Source: Zygnema circumcarinatum SAG 698-1b
Lineage: Eukaryota; Plantae; Zygnematophyceae
DNA length: 64,000 bases
NCBI GenBank assembly: GCA_037447605.1
Contig: CM074810.1
Span: 496,001 to 560,000 of the forward strand
Direction of reading: 5' to 3'
The notes below the pieces were generated by a model. That model ran no database searches. It worked only from the letters and a program-made list of their open reading frames with translations, and was not told the origin of the DNA. Both the position numbers and the translations under genes were made by a program. Below are positions 63,801-64,000 of this stretch, in pieces (within the stretch, counting starts at the first letter, position 1; the number at the start of each line of letters is the position of its first letter).

Positions 63801-64000
63801 CAGAGGACCCAAAAATGCTTGTATTGGGGCTTCAAAACCAGAGAAACTGTGGAACTTAATACCGAACTTCCTTTGAAGAAAAGAGTGAGAGAAGGATTGG
63901 CATTGGTCTCATCAAATGTGCAGAAGGGGACAAAAGCAACATGGAACACCAATGTGAATCGGTCGCAAATGACATATTTTTTTTCTAGAAAGAAAGGTTA

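Noticed and set aside
63805-63996. Open frame RTQKCLYWGFKTRETVELN... bounded by AG and GT at the window end
   Set aside because: It could be an exon of the next gene, but I recognise no domain and the context is cut off, so I did not annotate it.

Overview
Eukaryotic nuclear DNA with plant-like, intron-rich genes. My inference is a streptophyte alga or early-diverging plant. It is a draft assembly with many 10-N gaps inside GA/CT-rich tracts, and most long ORFs in the supplied track are translations of these low-complexity introns. I reconstructed about 13 protein-coding genes by hand from splice sites and frame logic: two DUF538 paralogs, BDP1 (TFIIIB B''), a class I glutamine-amidotransferase-like protein, a secreted CPAF/S41-type peptidase homolog, RPL33, SEC23, a clade-A-like PP2C, a renalase-like FAD oxidoreductase, WSS1 with RanBP2 zinc fingers, VMA22/CCDC115, a DPP IV (S9B) peptidase, a 3-RRM protein and a MATE transporter. 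Non-coding features include a ~940 bp foldback MITE and intronic telomere-type arrays of both TTAGGG and TTTAGGG flavour. The most interesting observations are: (1) the GATase-fold protein has Ser/His/Asp in place of the Cys/His/Glu triad; (2) the S41 homolog has lost both its catalytic Ser and His; (3) a 1.3 kb tandem duplication of the WSS1 3' half lies in frame behind a stop codon that sits in a perfect 15-bp hairpin. I found no tRNA, rRNA, CRISPR array or autonomous transposon.
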